From contig JAPNQO010000113.1 of NCBI GenBank assembly GCA_027251445.1, positions 1 through 47,270 of the forward strand: a DNA stretch of 47,270 nt, given 5' to 3'. Source of the stretch: Fidelibacterota bacterium. GTDB lineage: Bacteria; Fidelibacterota; Marinisomatia; Marinisomatales; TCS55. A model generated the notes under the pieces. That model had not been told where the DNA came from. It worked only from the letters and a program-made list of their open reading frames with translations, and searched no databases. Both the position numbers and the translations under genes were made by a program. Shown piece by piece: positions 9,280-18,285 of this stretch (positions within the stretch are counted from its first letter, which is position 1; each line of letters begins with the position of its first letter).

Positions 9280-10731
9280 TTGCAAAAAGAAATAATTAAT
9301 TTATCGAAAAATACACTGATTTATGGCTTAGGTCATATTTTAGCTAGAATTATCACTTTTTTATTACTCCCATTGTATACAAATATTTTTACACCAGAAG
9401 AGTATGGTGTTATATCATTAGCGTATGTATTTATGGGCTTCATGAGTGTGGTAATGCATTATGGTTTAGATGCAGCACTTATGAAGAGATATGTTGAATC
9501 TGATTTAGAACAGAAAACTATACATTTTAGCTCAGCATGGATTTCTTTTTTAATAACATCTATTGGCTTTGCTATATTAATAACTCTTTTTAGAAAATTT
9601 CTTTCCCCCATACTACTAGGCACTACAGATGATAGACTAGTTTTATTAGTTGGGTGGATTATTTCATTTGATGTGATGTGGTCTATACCTCAATTAATAT
9701 TTAGAGCAGAAGAAAAACCATTTGCATACCTAACATGTAGTTTGATAAATGTAATAGGGTCGTTGATGCTTAACCTATTGTTTGTGCTTGAATTTAAAAT
9801 GGGTGTTTATGGCGTTCTGTTAAGTAATATTATAGTTTCCTGCACCCTTTTTATCATTACTCTACCATTTATTATTAATCGCTTAAACTTCACTAAAGCA
9901 TCAATGTATTCATGGAAAAAAATGATGAGATTTGGCCTGCCTTTTTTGCCTTCAGGTATCTTTGCTATGATGATGGAGTTAGCAGATCGTTATATATTAA
10001 AACAGATGACAGATCTGTATACAGTTGGTATATACAGTTCAGGATACAAGCTAGGAATGCTCATGATGTTGATTGTAATGGGGTTTAATATGGCATGGCA
10101 GCCATTTTTCTTAAAAATAGGTGGGGCAAAAGAATATGAGCCATTATATGCAAGAATTAATACATATGTATTTGCTTTGCTCGGATTCATTTGGGTTGTG
10201 CTGCTAGTGTGGGTAAATGAAATAGTTAGGGTTCAATTTGGTACAATTTCGCTATATGGCGAAGAATATTGGTCTTCAACGTCAATTGTTCCTTGGATAT
10301 CTCTTGGGTATGTTTTTTATGGATTATATTTAATGCAATTACCTGGAGTGTTTCATCAAGAGAAATCAATATGGATAGCCATATCAAGATTAATAGGAGC
10401 AGTTGGTAATATTTTACTTAATCTTTATTTAATTCCAATATATGGAGCTAAAGGAGCGGCAATAGCTACATGTATCTCTTTTATTATTATGTTTGTAGTT
10501 ATGTTTATAATTAATCGTCATTTATTTCCTGTTTCATATGAGTATGGGCGGATTATCAGAATAATTATTGCTATGGGCATAATATCACTTCTATATGATA
10601 TGAGCAGTCATGATCATATAAACAAGTTTATGCTGACATTGTATTATCCTATTGCGTTATTTCTAACAGGATTTTTATATAAAAGTGAGATAAATAAAAT
10701 AAAGAAAGCTTTTAATTACTGGCCGAAATAA
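9280..10731 (+). CDS. Wzx-like oligosaccharide flippase
   Basis: NTLIYG...LLLPLYT...PEEYG, ADRYIL, VGIYS, LIPIYGAKGAAIAT; many TM helices. Confidence 0.88.
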   Translation: MQKEIINLSKNTLIYGLGHILARIITFLLLPLYTNIFTPEEYGVISLAYVFMGFMSVVMHYGLDAALMKRYVESDLEQKTIHFSSAWISFLITSIGFAILITLFRKFLSPILLGTTDDRLVLLVGWIISFDVMWSIPQLIFRAEEKPFAYLTCSLINVIGSLMLNLLFVLEFKMGVYGVLLSNIIVSCTLFIITLPFIINRLNFTKASMYSWKKMMRFGLPFLPSGIFAMMMELADRYILKQMTDLYTVGIYSSGYKLGMLMMLIVMGFNMAWQPFFLKIGGAKEYEPLYARINTYVFALLGFIWVVLLVWVNEIVRVQFGTISLYGEEYWSSTSIVPWISLGYVFYGLYLMQLPGVFHQEKSIWIAISRLIGAVGNILLNLYLIPIYGAKGAAIATCISFIIMFVVMFIINRHLFPVSYEYGRIIRIIIAMGIISLLYDMSSHDHINKFMLTLYYPIALFLTGFLYKSEINKIKKAFNYWPK

Positions 10732-11878
10732 CAGAATTAATAGCCTCCCTAATATTATTTCCATAAGCATTGTCACTATAGGATTTTAAAGCAATTTCCC
10801 TAATCTTTATCGAATCGAATTCATCATATTTATCAATAATATTTTTCATAGCAGTATATAATTCAGTTGAATTATTTGGTTCTATAAGGATGCCTGTATC
10901 TGGTAAAACAATTGACTCCGGTCCACCACATTTTGTTGCTATGACTGGTAATCCAACAGTCATTGCTTCGACAAGGACTACACCAAAAGTCTCCACATCG
11001 CTTGACAACACCAACACATCATGGTTTCTAATAACGTCTGCTACAACAGCCTTTTTTTGATAACCAATAAAATTTACTCGGTCATTAATTTGTAGTTTTT
11101 GAGATAATAATTGTAAGTTACTTTTTTCAGGGCCATCACCAATAATAGTAAGCACAATATTGGGAATAATTTTGTGCAGTTTTGCAAAGGCTTTAATTAA
11201 CAGATCTAATCTTTTTTCAGATCGAAGTAATGCAATTGAAAGAAAGGTAAATGGGTTATCTAATTTTTCTCTTTTTGGCAAAAAATAACTACTATCAGCT
11301 GGATTAGGAATTACCATAACTTTTTTTCTGTCTATATTAAATTTTTTAATAATATTACTTTTTAATGCATCGCTAGTTGCGATTATTTTAGAAGCATATT
11401 TATAGCATTCAGATATACAATTTTTTTCAAATATTGAAAATTCACCATCAATAATAAATTCTTTTAAATGCTCAGAAACCATAAATGGTATCATATTACT
11501 ATGCAAATATCTTGCAACAGCAGCTCCACCGTAAAGAGAAGAATTTATAAATACAAATTCGGGTTTAGACTTTTCAACAACATTTTTCACAAGAGGCAAT
11601 ATTGAATCTTTATACATCTTAAATGCCCTTTTGGGAATTTTAGGGAACAGGTTTACGCTTTCAGTTTTATAAATTAAAACTTCATTTTCCTTTGTAGGGT
11701 TTTCATTATTTACTTCACTATTAAATTTTAAAATATCTCGTGTGGAATGTAGTACATGTGTTACAATTGTTATTGAAAAACCGCATCGTTGAAGAATCAT
11801 TGCTCTATCTTTAAAAAAAGTACCACTTTCTGGATGAATATCAGTAGGGTACCATGATGGTATAATTAACAGCTTCAT
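10712..11878 (-). CDS. Glycosyltransferase family 4
   Basis: IPSWYP N-terminus; ETFGVVLVEAMTVGLPVIATKCGG (Ex7E). Confidence 0.9.
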   Translation of the reverse strand: MKLLIIPSWYPTDIHPESGTFFKDRAMILQRCGFSITIVTHVLHSTRDILKFNSEVNNENPTKENEVLIYKTESVNLFPKIPKRAFKMYKDSILPLVKNVVEKSKPEFVFINSSLYGGAAVARYLHSNMIPFMVSEHLKEFIIDGEFSIFEKNCISECYKYASKIIATSDALKSNIIKKFNIDRKKVMVIPNPADSSYFLPKREKLDNPFTFLSIALLRSEKRLDLLIKAFAKLHKIIPNIVLTIIGDGPEKSNLQLLSQKLQINDRVNFIGYQKKAVVADVIRNHDVLVLSSDVETFGVVLVEAMTVGLPVIATKCGGPESIVLPDTGILIEPNNSTELYTAMKNIIDKYDEFDSIKIREIALKSYSDNAYGNNIREAINSVISASN

Positions 11879-12039
11879 TGAATTTGATCCAGTTGTAAAT
11901 TTACTTTAATTATTATTTTACCAATTAACGAATATTTATCTAATACAATTTGAATAAAGTGTCATTTTTATCAATTTAGTATGATTTAGGAACCAAATTA
12001 TATAAAAGACATATTATATATTGATTTAACAATTAAACT

Positions 12040-13125
12040 ATGAAAATACTTTATATCTCCCCAGAAAATACGGTTAATACTTTGACTATGTGGAAATTAG
12101 CTCACGAAGAAAAAGGAAATAAATGTGAGTTTATTACATTATTCAATTCACGAAATAATTTTGATCCAGGTATTTGCTTAAACCTTCCTCTAGTTTATTC
12201 AAAATATTGGTATATGTATGGGAGGCATAAATACTATCAAATATTTAGAGGAGGCTTAGGTGATTATAAAGAAAAGGATGGTTACCCGCCAGTTTGGTCG
12301 CCAAGTAATAGATTTGAAAAAACTTTTTTTCATTTTAGGGATTGGCTTTGGAGTTTTTATGTAGAACCTGCAATAAATCAAAATAACTTATTTGATTATG
12401 ATATATATCATTTTGAATGGGGGTTAGAATTTTATCGTGATTGTAGGTTCGTAGAAAAGCTAAAAAAATTAAACAAACCTATTTCATGTACTTATCATGG
12501 ACAAGATTTAAGAACTAGAGGAGTTTTAAAACCATTAAATGATTTAAGTAAATTAAATATTACTAGTGAATTAGATTTGTTTAGTAAACACCCTAATTTG
12601 GATTATATGTTTTTACCCTACGATACAAAACAATTTTCATTTGATATAAAAATTAATGACCCAATTAGGATTTGTCATGCACCGACAAATAGATACTACA
12701 AGGGAAGTGAAACAATTATTCCAATATGCAAACGCTTAGCTAAAGAAAAAGAAATTGAATTTATATTGATAGAAAATAAATCTTTTAATGAAGCTCAAGA
12801 AATAAAAAAATCATGTGATATTTTAATTGATCAAGTTCATAATAGAGGGGGGTGGGGCTATGGAATGAATTCAGTAGAAGCTCTTTCAATGGGATTATGT
12901 TGTGTAACAGAGCTAATTCCAGAATATATTGATTTCATTCCAGATAATCCCTTTATTAATGTAGATAGTAAATCTTTATTCGATGTTTTATCTGAATTAG
13001 TTACAAATAAAGAAAAAATAATTGAATACAAACAAAAAGGCTATGAATGGGTAGAAAAATACCATAATTATAATAATACGTCTGATGTATTGTATCAATA
13101 TTATGAAGATCTCGGTTGGCTGTGA
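12040..13125 (+). CDS. GT-B fold glycosyltransferase
   Basis: HAPTNRYYKGS, DILIDQ, GYGMNSVEALSMG. Confidence 0.75.
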   Translation: MKILYISPENTVNTLTMWKLAHEEKGNKCEFITLFNSRNNFDPGICLNLPLVYSKYWYMYGRHKYYQIFRGGLGDYKEKDGYPPVWSPSNRFEKTFFHFRDWLWSFYVEPAINQNNLFDYDIYHFEWGLEFYRDCRFVEKLKKLNKPISCTYHGQDLRTRGVLKPLNDLSKLNITSELDLFSKHPNLDYMFLPYDTKQFSFDIKINDPIRICHAPTNRYYKGSETIIPICKRLAKEKEIEFILIENKSFNEAQEIKKSCDILIDQVHNRGGWGYGMNSVEALSMGLCCVTELIPEYIDFIPDNPFINVDSKSLFDVLSELVTNKEKIIEYKQKGYEWVEKYHNYNNTSDVLYQYYEDLGWL

Positions 13126-14018
13126 GCTATAATACTAAGTTCGATATCATTATACCATGTTATAATGTAGAACATATTATAGAAAAATCTATAGAGAGCG
13201 TTCTATCGCAAGAATATCCAAAAGATAAATTCTCAATTATAGTGATAAACGATGGGTCAACAGATAATACATTAAAATGTTTGAATACATTCAGCTTTGA
13301 AAAGAATCTTACTTTATTCAGTTTAGAATCAAACAAAGGGCTCTCAGCAGCTAGAAATTATGGAATTAGGAAAGGAACTTCAGAAATTATATGCTTTCTA
13401 GATAGCGACATGGTTGTTCAGCCAGATTGGTTATTAAATATAGAAAAAATATTTAAAAAAAAAGGAATCATTGGAGTTATTGGAGAAGTATCATTGCCAA
13501 AAGAGGAAAGCCCAAATAGATTAGATGATTATTTTTATAGCAAGCTACGCGGTGCGCGCCAATTTGGTGAACATTCAATAATTGGCCCTACATGGTTCTT
13601 ATTTAATAATTCAGCAGTTAAAAGAAGTGCGATTGAAAAAACAAATCTTTTTGATGAAAAAATAATTCATTATGGTGGTGAAGATACAGATTTATCTATT
13701 AGAATATGGGATCTGTTCCCAAACTCTTTTTACTATACATCGCAAATTGCTGCAGAACATTATCACAAGAGGACATTAGAAAAATTTTGTTCACAAATGG
13801 AAATTTATGGTAAATATAATCTTCCAATATTATTAAAGCGATACCCTGAACATGCACAGCAATTGGGAGCAAATTGGATAAATAGCATTAGAGGACTTTT
13901 AGTTTTTAACAGGTTTATTGCAAGTTTTATTAAGTTTTTAAATTATTATTTGCCAAACATCATTCTAACAAAATATTTGGTTATTTATAGCGCTATACGA
14001 GGATATAGGAATCGATAA
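13116..14018 (+). CDS. Glycosyltransferase family 2
   Basis: IIIPCYN, INDGSTD, ARNYG, FLDSD, GGEDTD. Confidence 0.92.
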   Translation: MAVSYNTKFDIIIPCYNVEHIIEKSIESVLSQEYPKDKFSIIVINDGSTDNTLKCLNTFSFEKNLTLFSLESNKGLSAARNYGIRKGTSEIICFLDSDMVVQPDWLLNIEKIFKKKGIIGVIGEVSLPKEESPNRLDDYFYSKLRGARQFGEHSIIGPTWFLFNNSAVKRSAIEKTNLFDEKIIHYGGEDTDLSIRIWDLFPNSFYYTSQIAAEHYHKRTLEKFCSQMEIYGKYNLPILLKRYPEHAQQLGANWINSIRGLLVFNRFIASFIKFLNYYLPNIILTKYLVIYSAIRGYRNR

Positions 14019-14068
14019 TTAATTTTTTAATGGTAAAACTGAGATTGCACATTTTATTAATTATAATA

Positions 14069-14096
14069 TTGCAATATATATAATTGTTCTTAAATT
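14069..14096 (+). promoter_or_regulatory. Candidate sigma70 promoter TTGCAA-N16-TAAATT for the small-protein operon
   Basis: TTGCAA 14069-14074 and TAAATT 14091-14096; same 16-nt spacing as the rho promoter candidate. Confidence 0.4.
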
Positions 14097-14146
14097 TACT
14101 TCAAGCATGGAAATATTCGTAAAAAACGAATACGTCACATACCAAG

Positions 14147-14172
14147 AAACGGGGGGTTTTGTCCCCGTTTTT
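14147..14172 (+). terminator. Terminator-like hairpin upstream of the small-protein genes
   Basis: AAACGGGG-ggttttgt-CCCCGTTT followed by further Ts. Confidence 0.55.
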
Positions 14173-14200
14173 ATTATAAACCAAATCAAGGAGGAACAAT

Positions 14201-14407
14201 ATGGCTGATGTAGCTTCAACCGTTAATTCCGTAGTAGGTGGAATCGTTAGTCTAATCAAAGGACTAGTGGTTTTCTTTGTTTTTGCTAATATACTATATC
14301 CAACAGGAATGGACCCTGTATTGGGGTTAACTGAATTAGTTAATTCCTTTATGGATGGTGGCTTAGCAGGCCTACTCGCACTATTAATATTTGTTTCTTT
14401 CCTGTAG
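14201..14407 (+). CDS. Small hydrophobic membrane protein (paralog 1)
   Basis: Strong SD AAGGAGG upstream; 68 aa, ending DGGLAGLLALLIFVSFL. Confidence 0.8.
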   Translation: MADVASTVNSVVGGIVSLIKGLVVFFVFANILYPTGMDPVLGLTELVNSFMDGGLAGLLALLIFVSFL

Positions 14408-14484
14408 GTTAAAACAATAGGGGATGATGTTGGACTCTTTGTCATAAGAGTCCTAGCCCTTACGTAACATATAGGAGGAAATAT

Positions 14485-14700
14485 ATGAATGATGCGATAG
14501 CAAAGCTAACCGGTTGGATTTCAAAACTAACAGATTTACTTATTAGTTTGGTGATCCTCGGAGTAATCGTTGGAATATTATTCAACGATCCTTTCGGTGT
14601 CATTGCAGGTGTAGGAAATTTATTCTCGCAAATTGGCGATAATGGCCTAGCGGGTTTATTAGTACTGTATCTGATTTATATGATGTATCCGAACAAATAA
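14485..14700 (+). CDS. Small hydrophobic membrane protein (paralog 2)
   Basis: Strong SD AGGAGG; 71 aa; DNGLAGLLVL aligns with paralog 1. Confidence 0.82.
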   Translation: MNDAIAKLTGWISKLTDLLISLVILGVIVGILFNDPFGVIAGVGNLFSQIGDNGLAGLLVLYLIYMMYPNK

Positions 14701-14719
14701 ACCGATTATCTCAGCAATT

Positions 14720-14757
14720 AATGATAACGCCCCATATAATGGGGCGCTATCATTTCT
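14720..14757 (+). terminator. Rho-independent terminator-like hairpin closing the small-protein operon
   Basis: AATGATA-A-CGCCCCAT-ata-ATGGGGCG-C-TATCATT followed by T-rich sequence. Confidence 0.75.
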
Positions 14758-14812
14758 TATTTAGTTTCAAATATTCAATTATTGATCAAAAAAATAATTT
14801 TTTAATTATTGC

Positions 14813-15934
14813 ATGCGTTTTATTAACATAATATTACTTGTTTTATTTTTAGTCAATTGTAGTGATAAAAATCTTTCTTTTTCAGGAAAGAGAATTAATA
14901 ACATTCCTTTAAATGATTTATCAATATTAATCCCGAACAGATTTAAAGAAAGAATTACTAGATGGTATAAAGATAGATCTCCTGCAGTTATAAGAACATA
15001 TGATATTATGAATAATGAATTAATTAAAGAATTGCGATACTATAATAGTGGTGTTTTAAAACATGAAGCAATTTATTCAAATGGTGCTTTAGACCCCTTT
15101 AGTTCAGTTATATGGTGGCACCCAGAGGGGGAAAGACTTTCACAACTTATTATTAATGATAGTTTAAAAATGATAAATGGCAATATTTGGCGTGAAAATG
15201 GACAACTTCGTTTCCATTTTGAGAATAATAATTATTATTGGTGGGATAAAAATGGAAGTTTAGAATTTAAAGGGAGCTTAAATGATACAAGTTTTATTTT
15301 ACCAATATGGTCAAATAATGGAAGATTTATAGGCACACGTAAATTAATAAGTAAATCTATACCTTTATTGATTGAAGAATGGACTTTATTTGATAAAAAT
15401 TATAACCCATTAATTAAAGGAAACGTTTTATGTATGATTCGCGATAATAAAACTTTAGATAGAGTTATTAATGAGGAGTGGACATTAATGGATAGCACTA
15501 GGGATTTAGAATTATTACAGTTATCAGCCCAAACACTGCTGAATACAATAGTTGGTAATAATAATTTTATTTCTGGTATTGATTGGTCGCCAGATAATGC
15601 AGAATATGTAACTTCATTATTAGATAGTAGTAACTCTAATATAAATAATTCAGATAAAAGATATTTTAAGAGTCGGCAGTTCAATCAAAATTATATTTTA
15701 GAATTACATTCTGATGGAAAATTTCAATATACATGCCAAGATAAGTATACAGATTCAGGTCATTATTGGTATAATAAGAATGGTGAGAAATTATTTATAC
15801 ATTATGAATCAGGCATATTTTCCGGAGAAAGCCATATGATAAAAATAATTAACCATAGAAAAATTTTTTATCAGTTTAGAAACTCATATTATTTTCTTAC
15901 TTCAGCAAACAATCAAATTAAGTCTAGTATATAG
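14813..15934 (+). CDS. Putative lipoprotein with MORN-variant (YwqK-like) repeats
   Basis: Lipobox-like LVNC; repeats YYNSGVLK, WWHPEGERL, WRENGQLR, WWDKNGSL. Confidence 0.55.
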   Translation: MRFINIILLVLFLVNCSDKNLSFSGKRINNIPLNDLSILIPNRFKERITRWYKDRSPAVIRTYDIMNNELIKELRYYNSGVLKHEAIYSNGALDPFSSVIWWHPEGERLSQLIINDSLKMINGNIWRENGQLRFHFENNNYYWWDKNGSLEFKGSLNDTSFILPIWSNNGRFIGTRKLISKSIPLLIEEWTLFDKNYNPLIKGNVLCMIRDNKTLDRVINEEWTLMDSTRDLELLQLSAQTLLNTIVGNNNFISGIDWSPDNAEYVTSLLDSSNSNINNSDKRYFKSRQFNQNYILELHSDGKFQYTCQDKYTDSGHYWYNKNGEKLFIHYESGIFSGESHMIKIINHRKIFYQFRNSYYFLTSANNQIKSSI

Positions 15935-15973
15935 AATCTTATTTTTGAACTTGATATTGGTAAATTCCAAATA

Positions 15974-17485
15974 ATGCAAAGAGCAGTTCATAGATTATTT
16001 TATATATTTATTATATATTTATCATTTTTTACAAAAATATTTGCAGTAGATAAAACAATCGGTGTTTTAAATATTGTAGATAAAAATGAAGATGAGTTAT
16101 CTGCGTTAAATTATAAAGGGGAACCTTATATATCTGTAAAAGAAATCTCTAGAATACTTTCAGATAGAAAACCTTTTGAAAATACAGCACGCCAAAAAAT
16201 TGTTCTCTATTTTTCAGATAATAGATTAAAAATATCAAACTTATCTAGTTTTATAGTTGTTAATGATAAAATTTATCAAATGACCAAAAATGCTATAGGA
16301 AAAAATGATGATATATATGTACCTGCAAAATCATTTTTTTCAATAATTAAAAATAGTATTTATCCAGGAGTGGAGTATGATTCAGATAAAAAATTATTAA
16401 GCATAAATATAGTTAACTTTAATATTAATAGTGTTGGGATTGAGCAAAAATCAAACGGAACAATATTGAAAGTAAACACCACAAAACAATTTTCAGATGG
16501 TGATATCAGTTCTTTTATAAATACTAACGGTTGGTTTTATCTAACAATTAAAGATGGATTAGTTGACACTTCTATGATTAAAAAAACAGAAACTAAAGGA
16601 GCTATTACAAAAGTTGTTTCAAATCAATTTGATGAATCTGCCCAACTAGCATTTCGTGTACGCACTGATATTATCGGGCATGAGGTTTATCAAAGTAGCG
16701 ATCCAAATGCAATCGTTATTACTCTCAGAACACCATTTAAAAAGTTAACGTCTCATATAAAAGAGATGAAAAATCGATGGAGACTAGATACTGTAGTCCT
16801 TGATGCTGGACACGGAGGAAAAGATGGGGGAGCTGTTGGTAAAAGAGGCGCAAAAGAAAAAAACATTGTTTTAGATATAACTAAAAGAGTTGGCCAAATG
16901 ATTGAAAAAAATAGTCATATAAAGGTCGTATATACTAGAGAAGAAGATGTATTTGTGCCTCTTTGGAAAAGAACCCAAATAGCAAACGAAACAAATGGTA
17001 AGCTATTTGTAAGTATTCATGTAAACTCTCATCCAAATAGAAATGTAAGAGGGTTTGAAACTTACTTACTCAGGCCTGGCAAGACTGATGATGCAATTGA
17101 AGTAGCTTCTAGAGAGAACTCAGCCATTAGAATGGAGGAGGGAAAATCAAGAAATAAGTATAGCTCTTTAACTGGAGAAAATTTAATTATGGCAACAATG
17201 GCTCAAAGTATGTTTATGAAAGAAAGCGAAGACCTTGCTGCTTATATACAAGATGAATTAGATCCTTTATTAGATTCTCCAAATCGAGGTTTAAAACAGG
17301 CTGGCTTTTATGTATTAATTGGTGCAAGCATGCCAAACGTACTAGTAGAAGCAGGATATATTTCTAATCCAAATGAGGAAAGAAAATTAAAATCAGCTTC
17401 ATATAGACAAAAAATAGCTAAGGGTATATATGCGGGTATTATGCGTTTTAGACAATCAAAAGAACAAATAACATCTACTAAATAA
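15974..17485 (+). CDS. N-acetylmuramoyl-L-alanine amidase (Amidase_3, AmiC-like)
   Basis: Signal peptide; VVLDAGHGGKD, EK, FVSIHVN, FYVL, MPNVLVEAGY. Confidence 0.93.
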   Translation: MQRAVHRLFYIFIIYLSFFTKIFAVDKTIGVLNIVDKNEDELSALNYKGEPYISVKEISRILSDRKPFENTARQKIVLYFSDNRLKISNLSSFIVVNDKIYQMTKNAIGKNDDIYVPAKSFFSIIKNSIYPGVEYDSDKKLLSINIVNFNINSVGIEQKSNGTILKVNTTKQFSDGDISSFINTNGWFYLTIKDGLVDTSMIKKTETKGAITKVVSNQFDESAQLAFRVRTDIIGHEVYQSSDPNAIVITLRTPFKKLTSHIKEMKNRWRLDTVVLDAGHGGKDGGAVGKRGAKEKNIVLDITKRVGQMIEKNSHIKVVYTREEDVFVPLWKRTQIANETNGKLFVSIHVNSHPNRNVRGFETYLLRPGKTDDAIEVASRENSAIRMEEGKSRNKYSSLTGENLIMATMAQSMFMKESEDLAAYIQDELDPLLDSPNRGLKQAGFYVLIGASMPNVLVEAGYISNPNEERKLKSASYRQKIAKGIYAGIMRFRQSKEQITSTK

Positions 17486-18285
17486 TGCCAGATAGTAGGC
17501 CCATAGGAATTTTTGACTCAGGATTGGGCGGTCTTACAGTTGTAGACGCTATAAATCGAAAGACGCCTAATGAAAATATTATATATGTGGGGGACACTGC
17601 CCGTGTACCATATGGGAACAAAAGTGCACCACTTATAATTAAATATGCCTCACAAATAACAAGGTTTCTTTTAGAAAAAAATGCAAAATTAATTATCGTA
17701 GCCTGTAATACTGCCTCAGCTCTTGCTATTCCCACACTTCAAAATGAGTTTAATGTTCCTGTAGTTGGCGTAATAAGTCCTGGCGCTAATGCTGCAGCTC
17801 AGATTACAAAAAACAATAATATTGGAGTGGTTGGTACAATTGCAACCATAAACTCCAAGGCCTATCATAAAGAATTAATTAAAATAAACCCCTCAATCAA
17901 TACGTTTTCCCAAGCGTGTCCTTTATTTGTTCCCCTTGTAGAGGAAGGTCTATTAAGCGGGGCAATAGTCTCATCTATAATAACTTATTATATTAACAAT
18001 CTTGACTTATCAATAATAGATACACTTATATTAGGTTGTACGCACTATCCATTATTAAAACCAGCAATAAAAACTATTACAAAAGGTCTTACATTAATTG
18101 ATTCAGCAGATTCAGTTGCAAATGAAACAAATGAGATTCTAAAAAATAATAATTTTATTAATGATAATAATAATCAGGGACAGAAAAAATTTTATGTAAC
18201 AGATTCTCCTTTAAATTTTTCTAATGTAGCAAAAAGATTTTTAGGGTATCCGATTAAAGATGTTGAAACAGCACGAATCAGCTGA
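17485..18285 (+). CDS. murI: Glutamate racemase
   Basis: IGIFDSGLGG, VACNTAS, ILGCTHYP. Confidence 0.97.
   Translation: MPDSRPIGIFDSGLGGLTVVDAINRKTPNENIIYVGDTARVPYGNKSAPLIIKYASQITRFLLEKNAKLIIVACNTASALAIPTLQNEFNVPVVGVISPGANAAAQITKNNNIGVVGTIATINSKAYHKELIKINPSINTFSQACPLFVPLVEEGLLSGAIVSSIITYYINNLDLSIIDTLILGCTHYPLLKPAIKTITKGLTLIDSADSVANETNEILKNNNFINDNNNQGQKKFYVTDSPLNFSNVAKRFLGYPIKDVETARIS

Noticed and set aside
14101..14445. Minus-strand 114-aa ORF, or an antisense toxin-antitoxin arrangement
   Set aside because: It lies opposite a plus-strand ORF with a strong SD and a clear paralog, and has no recognisable features of its own.
14201..14700. Inovirus prophage or conjugative element suggested by the coat/pilin-like small proteins
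   Set aside because: No Zot-like ATPase, replication protein, integrase or type IV secretion gene is present in the window.
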